From an uncultured archaeon (lineage in GTDB: Archaea; Altiarchaeota; Altiarchaeia; JAFGQM01): a stretch of DNA of 64,000 bases. Where the stretch lies: positions 1 to 64,000 of the forward strand of contig CAZUDQ010000006.1 in assembly GCA_964619365.1 (NCBI GenBank), given 5' to 3'. A model generated the notes under the pieces. The model made no database searches and was not told where the DNA came from. It worked only from the letters and a program-made list of their open reading frames with translations. Shown here one piece after another: positions 20,199 to 29,480 of this stretch (its first letter is position 1; each line of letters opens with the position of its first letter). A program made the translations under genes and the position numbers.

Positions 20199-21704
20199 AT
20201 GGCAACTGCTGTAAATGTGGAAAAGAAGAAGAGCATAAGCCCTGTCATAAAAAATAAAAAGGTGATTTCTGTCTTTACTTTGGCTTTGTTAAACGTAGCT
20301 TTGGTTGTTTCACTACGTTCGCTCCCAATGATGGCAGAAGACGGGATGTCCTTAATCTTTTTCTATGTATTTGGCGCACTGATATTCCTCATCCCTTCAG
20401 CACTTATTTCAGCTGAACTTGCAACAGGATGGGACGATGGGAAGGGGGTATTTACCTGGGTAAAAGAAGCCTTTGGTGAAAAATTCGGATTTGCCGCGAT
20501 GTTTTTACAATGGGTTCAAAATATAGCGTTTTACCCCATAGTTCTTATATTCGGCGCCGGCGCTTTTGCATTTATTGTAACCCCTGAACTTGCCCAAAAT
20601 AAGTTTTATATGCTAGCTGTCATCCTTGGTGTGTACTGGATATCAACACTTATAAACCTTAGGGGAGTAGGTCTTGCAAGCAAGATAAGCAGCATTGGTG
20701 TGGTTCTCGGTACGTTAATACCGGCGGCAGTAATTATACTCCTTGGAGTTGCATGGTTTCTTGGAGGCAATCCTTCGGCAATACCTATGGATGCAAGAAA
20801 TATAATTCCTGAGTTTAGCGATCTTCCAAAACTTGCTCTTCTTGTGGGGGCACTTTTGACATTTGCTGGAATGGAAGTAAACGCAGTCCATGCTAAGGAA
20901 ACAAAAGACCCACAAAAATCCTTCCCAAAAGCGATGCTATTATCAAGCGTAATGATACTGGTAGTATTTATTTTAGGGTCACTGGCAGTTGCTTTGATAT
21001 ATAATCCCTCTTCTCCTGAGGCAATAGCGGCAGGGGGCCAGGAGATGGTAGCTGGAATGATGGTTGCCTTTGAGCAGTACTTTGACCATTATGGCATTGG
21101 ATTCTTAACACCCATTTTTGCAATACTTTTGACAATAGGTGTTGTCGCAGGAGTCCTTGCATGGGTTGCAGGTCCTTCAAAGGGACTCTTTAAAGCGGGG
21201 CGAGAAGGTCTTCTTCCGCCTGTTTTACAAAAAGCAAATAAGAATGGAGTACAGGTCAATATACTTTTGATTCAAGGAGCTATTGTAACGGCATTTGCTC
21301 TCTTTATGCTAATACTGCCAAGTATCCAAGACGCTTATTGGATATTTACAGCACTTACAATACAGCTCTATTTAATCATGTATATTTTGATGTATGCCTC
21401 AGCCCTAAAACTTCGTTACAAAAGGCCTGATGTAAAGCGAGCATACACAATACCTGGTGGTAATTTGGGCATGTGGATAATAGCTGGTATTGGTATTACG
21501 GGTGCAATTCTTGGGATTGTACTGGGTTTTATTCCGGCAAATACTGAGTATTATGAAAATGCATTAAAAGATCCCATGATGTTTGTCTCGTATGCTCTAA
21601 TGCTATTTATCGGCATATCAGTCTTTGTACTTGCGCCTTTTGTCATCCACAGGTTCAAAAAGCCTAGCTGGAAAAAGGAGTATACCGAAGCAGAAATGAG
21701 CTGA
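20199..21704 (+). CDS. gadC: Glutamate:GABA antiporter / APC family
   Basis: ~12 TM helices, AELATGW, FAGMEV, WVAGPSKG; directly after gadB. Confidence 0.85.
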   Translation: MATAVNVEKKKSISPVIKNKKVISVFTLALLNVALVVSLRSLPMMAEDGMSLIFFYVFGALIFLIPSALISAELATGWDDGKGVFTWVKEAFGEKFGFAAMFLQWVQNIAFYPIVLIFGAGAFAFIVTPELAQNKFYMLAVILGVYWISTLINLRGVGLASKISSIGVVLGTLIPAAVIILLGVAWFLGGNPSAIPMDARNIIPEFSDLPKLALLVGALLTFAGMEVNAVHAKETKDPQKSFPKAMLLSSVMILVVFILGSLAVALIYNPSSPEAIAAGGQEMVAGMMVAFEQYFDHYGIGFLTPIFAILLTIGVVAGVLAWVAGPSKGLFKAGREGLLPPVLQKANKNGVQVNILLIQGAIVTAFALFMLILPSIQDAYWIFTALTIQLYLIMYILMYASALKLRYKRPDVKRAYTIPGGNLGMWIIAGIGITGAILGIVLGFIPANTEYYENALKDPMMFVSYALMLFIGISVFVLAPFVIHRFKKPSWKKEYTEAEMS

Positions 21705-21710
21705 CCCTTT

Positions 21711-21770
21711 AGACTCGGACACCCGAGTCTTGAAGGCTAAGCTCTTTTTATCTTTTATTTTTATTCTTGG
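21711..21770 (+). terminator. Hairpin plus T-tract after gadC
   Basis: AGACTCGG-ACAC-CCGAGTCT (21711-21730) followed by a T-rich run. Confidence 0.6.
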
Positions 21771-21791
21771 TTTTTGGAAAAATAGGGCAAA

Positions 21792-22178
21792 ATGAGAAAG
21801 CCTGTTAAAATCGATATGAGAGGTTTTTTGTCCTTTTATATTCTTTGGATACTTAAGCAAAGACACATGTGTGGGGAAGAGCTTATTCGCGAAATTGGGC
21901 GCAGACGTGATGATGCCCCATCTCCCGGAACACTTTATCCCTGCCTTAATAAACTAAAGGAAAAGGGACTAGTTTCAAAGGAAAGGGATGATAAGCGCGT
22001 TGTGTATTCCTTAACTCCTGCCGGCATAAAGGAGCTTGACTTGGCAATAGATTACTTTAAGGCAGTTTACGGTGAGATAATCCTCAGGGGTGATATTGTG
22101 AGCTCGCGAAGCCATAGTTATATGCCCACCAAAAAGACTGCAAGCCAAAAAGACGAGCTTGATATAGATTATATCTAA
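21792..22178 (+). CDS. PadR-family transcriptional regulator
   Basis: GEEL...SPGTLYP.L..L...GLV...YSLT..G. Confidence 0.9.
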   Translation: MRKPVKIDMRGFLSFYILWILKQRHMCGEELIREIGRRRDDAPSPGTLYPCLNKLKEKGLVSKERDDKRVVYSLTPAGIKELDLAIDYFKAVYGEIILRGDIVSSRSHSYMPTKKTASQKDELDIDYI

Positions 22179-22190
22179 ACTTAAAATCTG

Positions 22191-22808
22191 ATGATTGGGG
22201 TTGTTCTTGGTAATATTATTTTAGGCTTTGTTGCAGGAGTGCCGTTTGGGCCTGGAAATGTCGAACTAGTAAGGCAGGGTACAACAAAGGGGACCTCGCA
22301 TGCCATCATGGCACTTTTAGGCATTATGCTCGCCGACCTTGTCTATATCTCCCTTGTCTCCTTAGGTGGAGCCGTTGCATTATCAAATCCCACAGTACTT
22401 CTCACCCTGACTGCGGTAGGTGTAAGTGTTCTTACTTTCTTTGGCTTAACTGAGATTAGGGTTTATTTCAGAAAGGATACGCCTAAGGAAAAGAAATTAA
22501 GTTCCTTAAGTAAAAACCCTTTTTTGCGGGGGTTTGTAATTGTTATAACAAGTCCTTACACCATCCTTTTTTGGGCTGGAGTCGCTGGCCCCCTTGCAAT
22601 TCTTTCTGGGGGAGTAATTGATGCATTCATCACATGTATTGCAATAGAAATTGGTTGTATCCTTGCAGGCTGCGTATACATAATGTTGTCTCACGCAGGA
22701 AAAAGATTTATGACGGAATCAAGAAAGCGCACGATATCCCTTATCTCTGGATTATGTCTTTTGGGCTTTGCAGTATACTTATTTATACGCGGACTTTCGT
22801 TCCTTTAA
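22191..22808 (+). CDS. LysE/RhtB-family exporter
   Basis: PFGPGN...G, GIMLAD, F..GF......PY..LFW; ~6 TM helices. Confidence 0.85.
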   Translation: MIGVVLGNIILGFVAGVPFGPGNVELVRQGTTKGTSHAIMALLGIMLADLVYISLVSLGGAVALSNPTVLLTLTAVGVSVLTFFGLTEIRVYFRKDTPKEKKLSSLSKNPFLRGFVIVITSPYTILFWAGVAGPLAILSGGVIDAFITCIAIEIGCILAGCVYIMLSHAGKRFMTESRKRTISLISGLCLLGFAVYLFIRGLSFL

Positions 22809-22941
22809 ATAGAATCTAGATGTTATTTTGCTGGTATAACTGCTTGATTTTGTGCTTTTTGGACAGAAGAAGCCTTTTTCTTTAAATACCCTCAAAATAT
22901 ACATAACTGGGGGATATGTTCGTTCTAATCTTAAAATAAAA

Positions 22942-23397
22942 ATGGCTCTAAAAAAAGCAATCATAGGGGGAACCTTTGATAATTTCCACAAGGGGCACGA
23001 AAGGCTCCTTAGAACTGCATTTGATGTAAGTGACTTTGTTGCAATAGGTATTAGCAGCGATCAATTCGCGCAGAGGTTTCGTACGGGAGAAGTAGAAAGC
23101 TATAAGATGCGTTGTGATGTCATAACTCATTTTTGCCAACAATTCGGAAAAGAATTCAGGACTTTTGAGTTAAATGACTTCTATGGACCTGCAACAACGG
23201 ATCCAGAGATAACAACAATCGTTGTTTCTGAAGAGACTTCCCTTCGCGCAAAAGAAATAAATGCTGTAAGAGTGAAAAAGGCTATTCCTAAGCTCATAAT
23301 TGTTGAGGTCCCATTTGAACTTGCAGATGATGGAAACCCAATAAGCAGTGAGCGCATAAGGCTAGGAACTATTGACAAGGACGGCAATCTCGCATAA
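22942..23397 (+). CDS. coaD: Archaeal phosphopantetheine adenylyltransferase
   Basis: GGTFDNFHKGH, D.YGP, IVVSEET, ISSERIR. Confidence 0.92.
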   Translation: MALKKAIIGGTFDNFHKGHERLLRTAFDVSDFVAIGISSDQFAQRFRTGEVESYKMRCDVITHFCQQFGKEFRTFELNDFYGPATTDPEITTIVVSEETSLRAKEINAVRVKKAIPKLIIVEVPFELADDGNPISSERIRLGTIDKDGNLA

Positions 23398-23417
23398 GAC
23401 CGTTTCTTAACAGGGGA

Positions 23418-24101
23418 ATGAAACCACTAAAAATCTTAGCATTCTCCGACATGCATGGGGAGCGTCGGGCTGTTGATATGGCTCGGGCTCTACTTGAAAA
23501 GGGCGACTACGATCTTGTTGTTTACCTTGGCGATTTCTCAAAGGCAATAGGGGACACTGCAGCAAACTCTGCTGATGCCGCATATTTGTTTGACAAATTA
23601 GAGCCTTACGCTGAGGTATCAAGCCTCTTTGGAAACTGTGATTCTGAAGAGTTTGCAAAAAGTCTTGAAAAAGAAGGGAAATCCCTGCATGGAAAACTTA
23701 TCTTTAAAGGCAATACTGCAATTATTGGCTGGGGGGGCTCGCATCCGACGCCGTTTCACACTCCAATGGAACCAAGCGAAACTGAAATAGAAGAAGGTCT
23801 TGAAAAACTCATTAAGGAGGCCGCCAGTACTGGTGCAGAAAAGTTAATCCTGTTTACACATGACGCTCCAGCAAGAACAAAAGCAGACCTTATACCATCG
23901 GGACACGTTGGAAGTGAGGCAATACGTACTATAATCGAGCAACATCAACCTAATATTGCCATTTGCGGCCATATACACGAGGCAAAGTCTAAGGATAAAG
24001 TGGGGACAACGGATGTCTTTAATGTCGGACCGGCCTCGGAAGGGAATTTCCTTGAGATAACAGTTGGAGAGGACTTAAGTGCAAAAGAGATAAAAGTATA
24101 G
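23418..24101 (+). CDS. Calcineurin-like metallophosphoesterase
   Basis: SDMHG, GD, GNCD, THDAP, CGHIHE. Confidence 0.9.
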   Translation: MKPLKILAFSDMHGERRAVDMARALLEKGDYDLVVYLGDFSKAIGDTAANSADAAYLFDKLEPYAEVSSLFGNCDSEEFAKSLEKEGKSLHGKLIFKGNTAIIGWGGSHPTPFHTPMEPSETEIEEGLEKLIKEAASTGAEKLILFTHDAPARTKADLIPSGHVGSEAIRTIIEQHQPNIAICGHIHEAKSKDKVGTTDVFNVGPASEGNFLEITVGEDLSAKEIKV

Positions 24102-24107
24102 GACAAA

Positions 24108-25022
24108 ATGATTCATATCAAGGATAAAGAGGGTGAAGACGTACCTTTCGTGCGTGAAGTCCTTGTCGAAAGCCTGACAAAAGCCGGGATGAAACCCTGG
24201 CAGGCCCACAGCTTTTCACGTGAGATTGAAACAGAACTCATCGCAAAGGCAGCTCAGGAAATAGATCGTGAGGACTTTATTGAGATTGTCCATAGCAGAC
24301 TTACTAATGTCAATTCTAAAGTCGCCGAGCGCTTTCGTGCCTGGCGTGAGATAAAGGGTAAAGACCGCGAGCCAATCATCGTTCTTATTGGCGGGGGGAC
24401 TGGCGTTGGCACAACAACTGTTGGAACAGAACTCGCTTACCGCATGGGCATCAAAAATACAATCTCAACCGATTCAATCCGTGAAATAATGCGAAAAACC
24501 GTCTCTGAAAAGTTGCTTCCGGTTCTTCACGTCTCATCATATGAGGCCTATAAACAAATGAAGGTTGATGTCGGCAAGAAGAAGGGTGCGAGCGAGGCGA
24601 TAATCGCAGGATTTAAGCTTCAGGCATCAGAAGTCAGTGTTGGTGTGGAGGCAATCATAGAAAGAGCATTAAAGGAGGGGACACCCACCTTAATTGAAGG
24701 TCTGCACATCGTTCCTGGCATGATAAACGAGGAAATAATGAAAAAACCCAATGTCATGATGTTTATCCTGCACCTAAAAAACGAAAAGGAGCACAAAGAC
24801 AGATTGTATTCCCGCGCTTTTGAAACAAAGTTCAGAAGGTCTGTTGAGAATTATGTTGATAATTTTAAGGGCATCAGGGAAATCCAGAAATTCATAACAA
24901 AAGAGGCAGAAAACAACAAGGTAGAATTACTTGAAAACAAGAACTTTGAATTGAGTATCACCGAGATTATGGACGACGTCATTTCAAACATTGTAAAGCA
25001 GCAGAAGAAAGATGATGCCTAA
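24108..25022 (+). CDS. 2-phosphoglycerate kinase-like protein with ATP-cone
   Basis: N-terminal ATP-cone (PF.RE.L..SL..AG), GGGTGVGTT, STDSIREIMR, LHVSSY, IEGLH..PG; the P-loop has T in place of the usual K. Confidence 0.8.
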   Translation: MIHIKDKEGEDVPFVREVLVESLTKAGMKPWQAHSFSREIETELIAKAAQEIDREDFIEIVHSRLTNVNSKVAERFRAWREIKGKDREPIIVLIGGGTGVGTTTVGTELAYRMGIKNTISTDSIREIMRKTVSEKLLPVLHVSSYEAYKQMKVDVGKKKGASEAIIAGFKLQASEVSVGVEAIIERALKEGTPTLIEGLHIVPGMINEEIMKKPNVMMFILHLKNEKEHKDRLYSRAFETKFRRSVENYVDNFKGIREIQKFITKEAENNKVELLENKNFELSITEIMDDVISNIVKQQKKDDA

Positions 25023-25050
25023 GCAATAGCGTTTATATTTTACAAGAAAA

Positions 25051-25617
25051 GTGCCTGCAAAAAAGTCTCTTATAAAATCGCTACGAAGCGACACTGTCCC
25101 TGTAATGCTATCTGGGGATCGCATTATCATATTTGATAAAAAACTTGTATCAAGGCTTGCAGGAAGACAATTTGGGGAAAATACAAAAGAGGGTCTTGTC
25201 CTGACTCTCTATGAGGCTTGTTTCCTACTTAAAGAAGGAAAGATTCCCGAGCCTTTTTGTTCTGGTTCAGAAGGGAAAGCATTATCACTTAAAGAACTCT
25301 TATGCATTGGGGAAGACTTAACGCCTGCTTTTTTGATGAAATTCCAGGTCTTTTGCGACCTGAGAAAGAAACGCGGCTTTGTCGTTAAGTCAGGAATCAA
25401 GTTTGGATGTGATTTTGCGTGTTATGATAAAGGAACAAAAATCGGTGCCAGCCACTCCAAGTGGCTTATTCGTATAATCCCTGAGACTGCAAAAATAGAT
25501 TATTCTGAGATAACAGGAGCTGCAAGAATGGCTCAGGCCGTAAAAAAGAGGCTTCTTTTGGCTTCGGCAACAGAACGTGGCCCGGTTTATTACGAGATAA
25601 ATCACTCGCGCCCCTAA
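25051..25617 (+). CDS. endA: tRNA-intron endonuclease, catalytic subunit
   Basis: GFVVKSGIKFGCDF..Y.......HS and AVKK: catalytic Y/H/K triad pattern. Confidence 0.88.
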   Translation: MPAKKSLIKSLRSDTVPVMLSGDRIIIFDKKLVSRLAGRQFGENTKEGLVLTLYEACFLLKEGKIPEPFCSGSEGKALSLKELLCIGEDLTPAFLMKFQVFCDLRKKRGFVVKSGIKFGCDFACYDKGTKIGASHSKWLIRIIPETAKIDYSEITGAARMAQAVKKRLLLASATERGPVYYEINHSRP

Positions 25618-25726
25618 CTTTTTGAGAAACTCATATTAAATTTTTATCGAAAGAAATTTTTAGTTTCTTTTTAGAACTATTCTTTTTTATTTTTGACCTG
25701 TCTATAATTCTATAGTCCTAGTGAAA

Positions 25727-25987
25727 ATGGAATCGAAAAACGAGTCATTTGATGAATGCGATTTAGATGATCTTGGGAAAGATGACCACAAAAAGAAGTC
25801 CAAAGATAAAAAGGATATCGTGGACGAGCTTTTTGGCGATGATAAGGACGAGGATGATCCTAAATTGCGCAAGAAATGCAAGATAAAGGATGAGTTTGAC
25901 GAACTATACGAGCAAAGCTTAGGTGACGGCGAGGACATATATGCATCTGGCGATTTTGCAACCTATGACGACGGCGTGCCCAAATAG
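25727..25987 (+). CDS. Small acidic low-complexity protein
   Basis: D/E/K-rich ORF with AAAATG start, filling an intergenic gap. Confidence 0.55.
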   Translation: MESKNESFDECDLDDLGKDDHKKKSKDKKDIVDELFGDDKDEDDPKLRKKCKIKDEFDELYEQSLGDGEDIYASGDFATYDDGVPK

Positions 25988-26001
25988 CTTATTATTTTAG
26001 T

Positions 26002-26292
26002 TTACCTTCTTTGTCTAAGCTGGTCTAATACCAAATCAAATTCGATTCCCTTAGCGGCGCAAAGTACCATTAAGTGGTAAAGAAAATCCGCACATTCCCA
26101 TTCTAAGGAATCTTTCCCGCCGCCGCAACAACCCTCTTTTGCAGACTGCTCTATTTCTCCCAACTCTTCTTCAAGCTTGCTAAAGATTAGCGCCTCGTCT
26201 GAAAGAAGTTTGTTTGTATATGAATCCTCTTTGGGGTTCTCACGCCGGTCTTTTATGACCTCCCAAAGCTCGTTTAGTATCTCTGCGTCCAT
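26002..26292 (-). CDS. hisE: Phosphoribosyl-ATP pyrophosphatase
   Basis: L...I.DR...P.EDSYT.KL, K..EE..E, E.ADFLYHLMVL. Confidence 0.9.
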   Translation of the reverse strand: MDAEILNELWEVIKDRRENPKEDSYTNKLLSDEALIFSKLEEELGEIEQSAKEGCCGGGKDSLEWECADFLYHLMVLCAAKGIEFDLVLDQLRQRR

Positions 26293-26331
26293 CCTGTATA
26301 TTGTTAAAGTTGAATCACACAAAAGAAAAAA

Positions 26332-28353
26332 TCATAAAATCCTGGAAATCCCGTCTTTTTTATCAAATCGCAAAACATTCTCTACAAAGTTCTCGACTTT
26401 TTGGTCGTGTGAGACGATTATGACCTGCTTGCATGCAAGCTCGTTTAATATGTCTCTTACTGAGTCTATCTGCTCGCCTGAAAAGCCGTCTGTGGGCTCA
26501 TCAAGTATCAAAAGGTCTTTTGTCCTGATGTGTTCTGTCAGGGTGTTTATCGCGCGGTTTAAAGCCAGCCTGTAAGCAAGAGCTATTGCAGTACGCTCGC
26601 CCCCTGAAAGAAACTCATACTGGGTGTCAAAACCGTCCTGAGTTATAACGACTGAGAAGGTCTCGTCAACCCTTGCCGAGAGTGAATCGTCTTCAACAAG
26701 CATAGAAAACCACTTTGAGAAAAGTAATCCGAACTCCTGGGATATCGTAGCCATGGCATGCTTCTCGATTGTTGCCATAAGGGGGGCAAAGAAGTTGCCA
26801 GTCCATTGCGCCATTCTCTGGCAATCCTCCATCTCTTTTTTCTTTTCCTTTTTCTTTCCTATTTCTGCCCCATACAGTTTAAGCTGAGAATCTAGTGACT
26901 CTATCTTTGTAGTTATGGCTGACTTTGCAATCTCAGACTTTCTTAACCCTGCTGCTGCCGCGTCGTATGCGCCAGAAAGTTCTTTTTGTCGTTTGGGCAC
27001 ATCACTTGAATTTATCTTTGATGCTATAACATTTATTTTTTCTGCCAGCTCCTTTTGTCCCAGTAAAAGTTCTTTTGACTCAGCTTCTGCGATTTGAAGA
27101 TTCTTGCTCAAATCTTTTTTCTGGAGTGCCAATGTTTCAAGCTCGCTTTTTGCAAGAGCATATCTTCCGACAAGCAATCGTTCACGCTCAAGTCCGGCCA
27201 GTGATATTTTTATCTCTTCGCGCTTTTTTTCTGCGAGTTTGATTTGCTCTCGCATCAACTCAATTCCTTCTCTGAATGTTTTTGGGTCTGAAACGCTTTG
27301 GCCGCAAGTGCCGCACTGTCCGTTATCAAGTATGCGCATCAGAGGGTCGATTTTTGTCTTTAGGGAAGATGTCTCAGAAAGAAGTGAATTATCGGTCTTT
27401 AGAAGCTCCCTTATATGTTCAGATGCTTCTTTTTCTCCCGTTTTGGGTGCTGGGACTTTTCCCAGTTCAAGTTCTTTTGCTAAAAGAGCCTTAATCTGCT
27501 CTTTTGAACGCGCAACTTCGCTTTTTGCCCGCAAGCCTGCTGATTTCTTATAATCAAAATCTGTTTTTAGCGATGCGTATTCCTCTTTTAATACAGATAC
27601 ACCCTGTGCCTCTTTTGCCAGCTCATCAAGTGCTTTTTTTCTTTTGAGGAGAAGCTCTCTTGCGCTTTTCTCTTCGTCGTTAATTCTACTAAGTTCGCTT
27701 TTGGCAAGCTCGCTTTCCTTTGTTATCTCTTCTTTTCTCTTTTCTTTTTCAGGCAGGTCTGAGACCGTTCCCAAAAGCTCTCGCGCACGCCCTCTAAGCT
27801 CAAGAGCGTAAGTTGATGCATTATCTGCAATGCGTGCATACCTGTCCATCGCAAAAAGACGCCTTATGAGTTCAAGTCTTTCTGTTTCTTTTGCCTCAAT
27901 AACAGAGCGCATTTGTTCTTGTGGCGTATAAACTGTATATCTATAAAGCAATGCAGAATCCTTTTTTAGGGCTTCGGCGGGATACCCCAATAAGTCTAGG
28001 ATGTATGCTCGTGATTCCTGGGCGCTAAGGTCTTTTTGCACTCCATCTGAAATGATAAAGCCTGTTTTTTGCCCAACCCCTCTTTTTGATCGTTTAAGGG
28101 TGCGCTTTATTGTAAATTCCTTGCCTTCAAGCTCAAAATCAAGCTCTACATCGCCTTCATCTGTGCCATGCCTAAGGAGAGCGGCACCTGTAAGTTCATT
28201 TTGGAGGCCGAATAGAGCAAAGTCTATTGCAAGAAGGGCTGAGCTTTTTCCTGCTCCGATATCTCCGGAAAGAATCACTGAACCTTCCGGAAAGACTATC
28301 TCTCCTTTTTCATAACTACGTATATTAGAAAGTCTAAGTCTCCTTATAATCAT
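26332..28353 (-). CDS. rad50: Rad50/SbcC ATPase (short coiled coil)
   Basis: Walker A GDIGAGKSS, Q-loop, zinc-hook CGTCG, LSGGE, LILDEPT, VSHD. Confidence 0.92.
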   Translation of the reverse strand: MIIRRLRLSNIRSYEKGEIVFPEGSVILSGDIGAGKSSALLAIDFALFGLQNELTGAALLRHGTDEGDVELDFELEGKEFTIKRTLKRSKRGVGQKTGFIISDGVQKDLSAQESRAYILDLLGYPAEALKKDSALLYRYTVYTPQEQMRSVIEAKETERLELIRRLFAMDRYARIADNASTYALELRGRARELLGTVSDLPEKEKRKEEITKESELAKSELSRINDEEKSARELLLKRKKALDELAKEAQGVSVLKEEYASLKTDFDYKKSAGLRAKSEVARSKEQIKALLAKELELGKVPAPKTGEKEASEHIRELLKTDNSLLSETSSLKTKIDPLMRILDNGQCGTCGQSVSDPKTFREGIELMREQIKLAEKKREEIKISLAGLERERLLVGRYALAKSELETLALQKKDLSKNLQIAEAESKELLLGQKELAEKINVIASKINSSDVPKRQKELSGAYDAAAAGLRKSEIAKSAITTKIESLDSQLKLYGAEIGKKKEKKKEMEDCQRMAQWTGNFFAPLMATIEKHAMATISQEFGLLFSKWFSMLVEDDSLSARVDETFSVVITQDGFDTQYEFLSGGERTAIALAYRLALNRAINTLTEHIRTKDLLILDEPTDGFSGEQIDSVRDILNELACKQVIIVSHDQKVENFVENVLRFDKKDGISRIL

Positions 28354-28358
28354 TGGAT

Positions 28359-29021
28359 TTATTGGGTGGAATTCTCAGTTATTGTCTCCATTACCAGTTC
28401 AGAGTAGCTCATAAGGCCGTCAAGAAGCAAGTCGCATTCTGCTGAACAGAAATCAGACGGTTTTGAGGCAGAGCATGTTATGAAATCACGCCAGTTATCT
28501 TCTGTGAGATTATATCCCTGTTTCATGGCATCAAGTGCGATACTTAGCTTAAGTTCCCCACAATAGTTAACCTGAGACGCCTCGGTGCGCCCTTTGACAT
28601 CTAGAGTACATACAGTTCCGCCGTTGGCATCATACTCCTTTGGTCCCTGCAGGAAATATGTTATATTGTCTGTGCTAAGCGCGCTGTTTCCTTTCATGAA
28701 TATGTAACACTCGTTTAGTACCTCGGCCTCAACAGGTACATTGAAACTGTTTCTAATCCAGCCCTCATCGGCAATAACCTTGCGGTCCGGGTAAAGGATA
28801 CCGGTTCCACCCCATTTAGCGTTTGCATCCTCTGCAAGCTTTGTTCCAAATGGCATTTTTGTCATAACTATCTCTTTTACTGGAGCTTCTGTGACGTTCT
28901 CAGTGATATTCCCAATAGGTTTTGTTGTGGTCGGCTCAGAGGGTCTTGCCATAATCATTATTGCCCCGACAAAAACTATAAGTATCACACCTAATATGAA
29001 TAATTGCTGTGTTTTTTCCAT
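28359..29021 (-). CDS. Membrane-anchored extracellular hypothetical protein
   Basis: N-terminal TM helix, P/T linker, several Cys. Confidence 0.7.
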   Translation of the reverse strand: MEKTQQLFILGVILIVFVGAIMIMARPSEPTTTKPIGNITENVTEAPVKEIVMTKMPFGTKLAEDANAKWGGTGILYPDRKVIADEGWIRNSFNVPVEAEVLNECYIFMKGNSALSTDNITYFLQGPKEYDANGGTVCTLDVKGRTEASQVNYCGELKLSIALDAMKQGYNLTEDNWRDFITCSASKPSDFCSAECDLLLDGLMSYSELVMETITENSTQ

Positions 29022-29126
29022 TTTGACAAATTGAAATTAAGCTAAGAAAAATCGAAACAAAAAAAGCCATCGCCCATCGCCCATAAGGCAGGGTCAACAC
29101 TTTTTATACCCCCCTGCTATTTTACA

Positions 29127-29238
29127 TTGTGGGACGCCGCCCCGTACGAATATTTAACACGCGCAAAAGACAGAGCCACAAGCGCCGTTCGAAACATAAC
29201 AGTGCGGGGACGCGGGGGCAAAAAAGCCCCACCCACAA
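29127..29238 (+). ncRNA. Candidate structured RNA / leader (unassigned)
   Basis: TTGTGGG(29127-33)/CCCACAA(29232-38) closing stem, CCCCGTAC/GTGCGGGG stem with a G-U pair, GGGGC-A6-GCCCC hairpin; TATA-like TTTTTATA at 29101-29108. Confidence 0.5.
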
Positions 29239-29252
29239 AAACAAAAAAGAAA

Positions 29253-29348
29253 ATGGAAACTGGAGGAAATTTAGGAATATCTGCATCTGACATCATAGCT
29301 ATTGCAAATAGGATTGACGACCCGTTTAAGGGCATACTGCGCATTTAG
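29253..29348 (+). CDS. Tiny ORF (31 aa, METGGNLGISASDIIAIANRIDDPFKGILRI)
   Basis: AAAATGG start context as in host genes; lies right after the structured element. Confidence 0.35.
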   Translation: METGGNLGISASDIIAIANRIDDPFKGILRI

Positions 29349-29448
29349 GATGGACGCGTTATTCGATAAAATCGCAGGAGCCTTTATTCCTGATAAGATA
29401 TTTCACTAGAATCAAGCTATTTCTATTCTTTAATTGGGACAAAATCAT

Positions 29449-29480
29449 CGGGCCCCTTAATTGGGGTCCGCTATTTCTCT
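29449..29480 (+). terminator. Hairpin CGGGCCCC-TTAATT-GGGGTCCG plus CTATTTCTCT
   Basis: The stem has a G-U pair only on the + strand. Confidence 0.5.
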
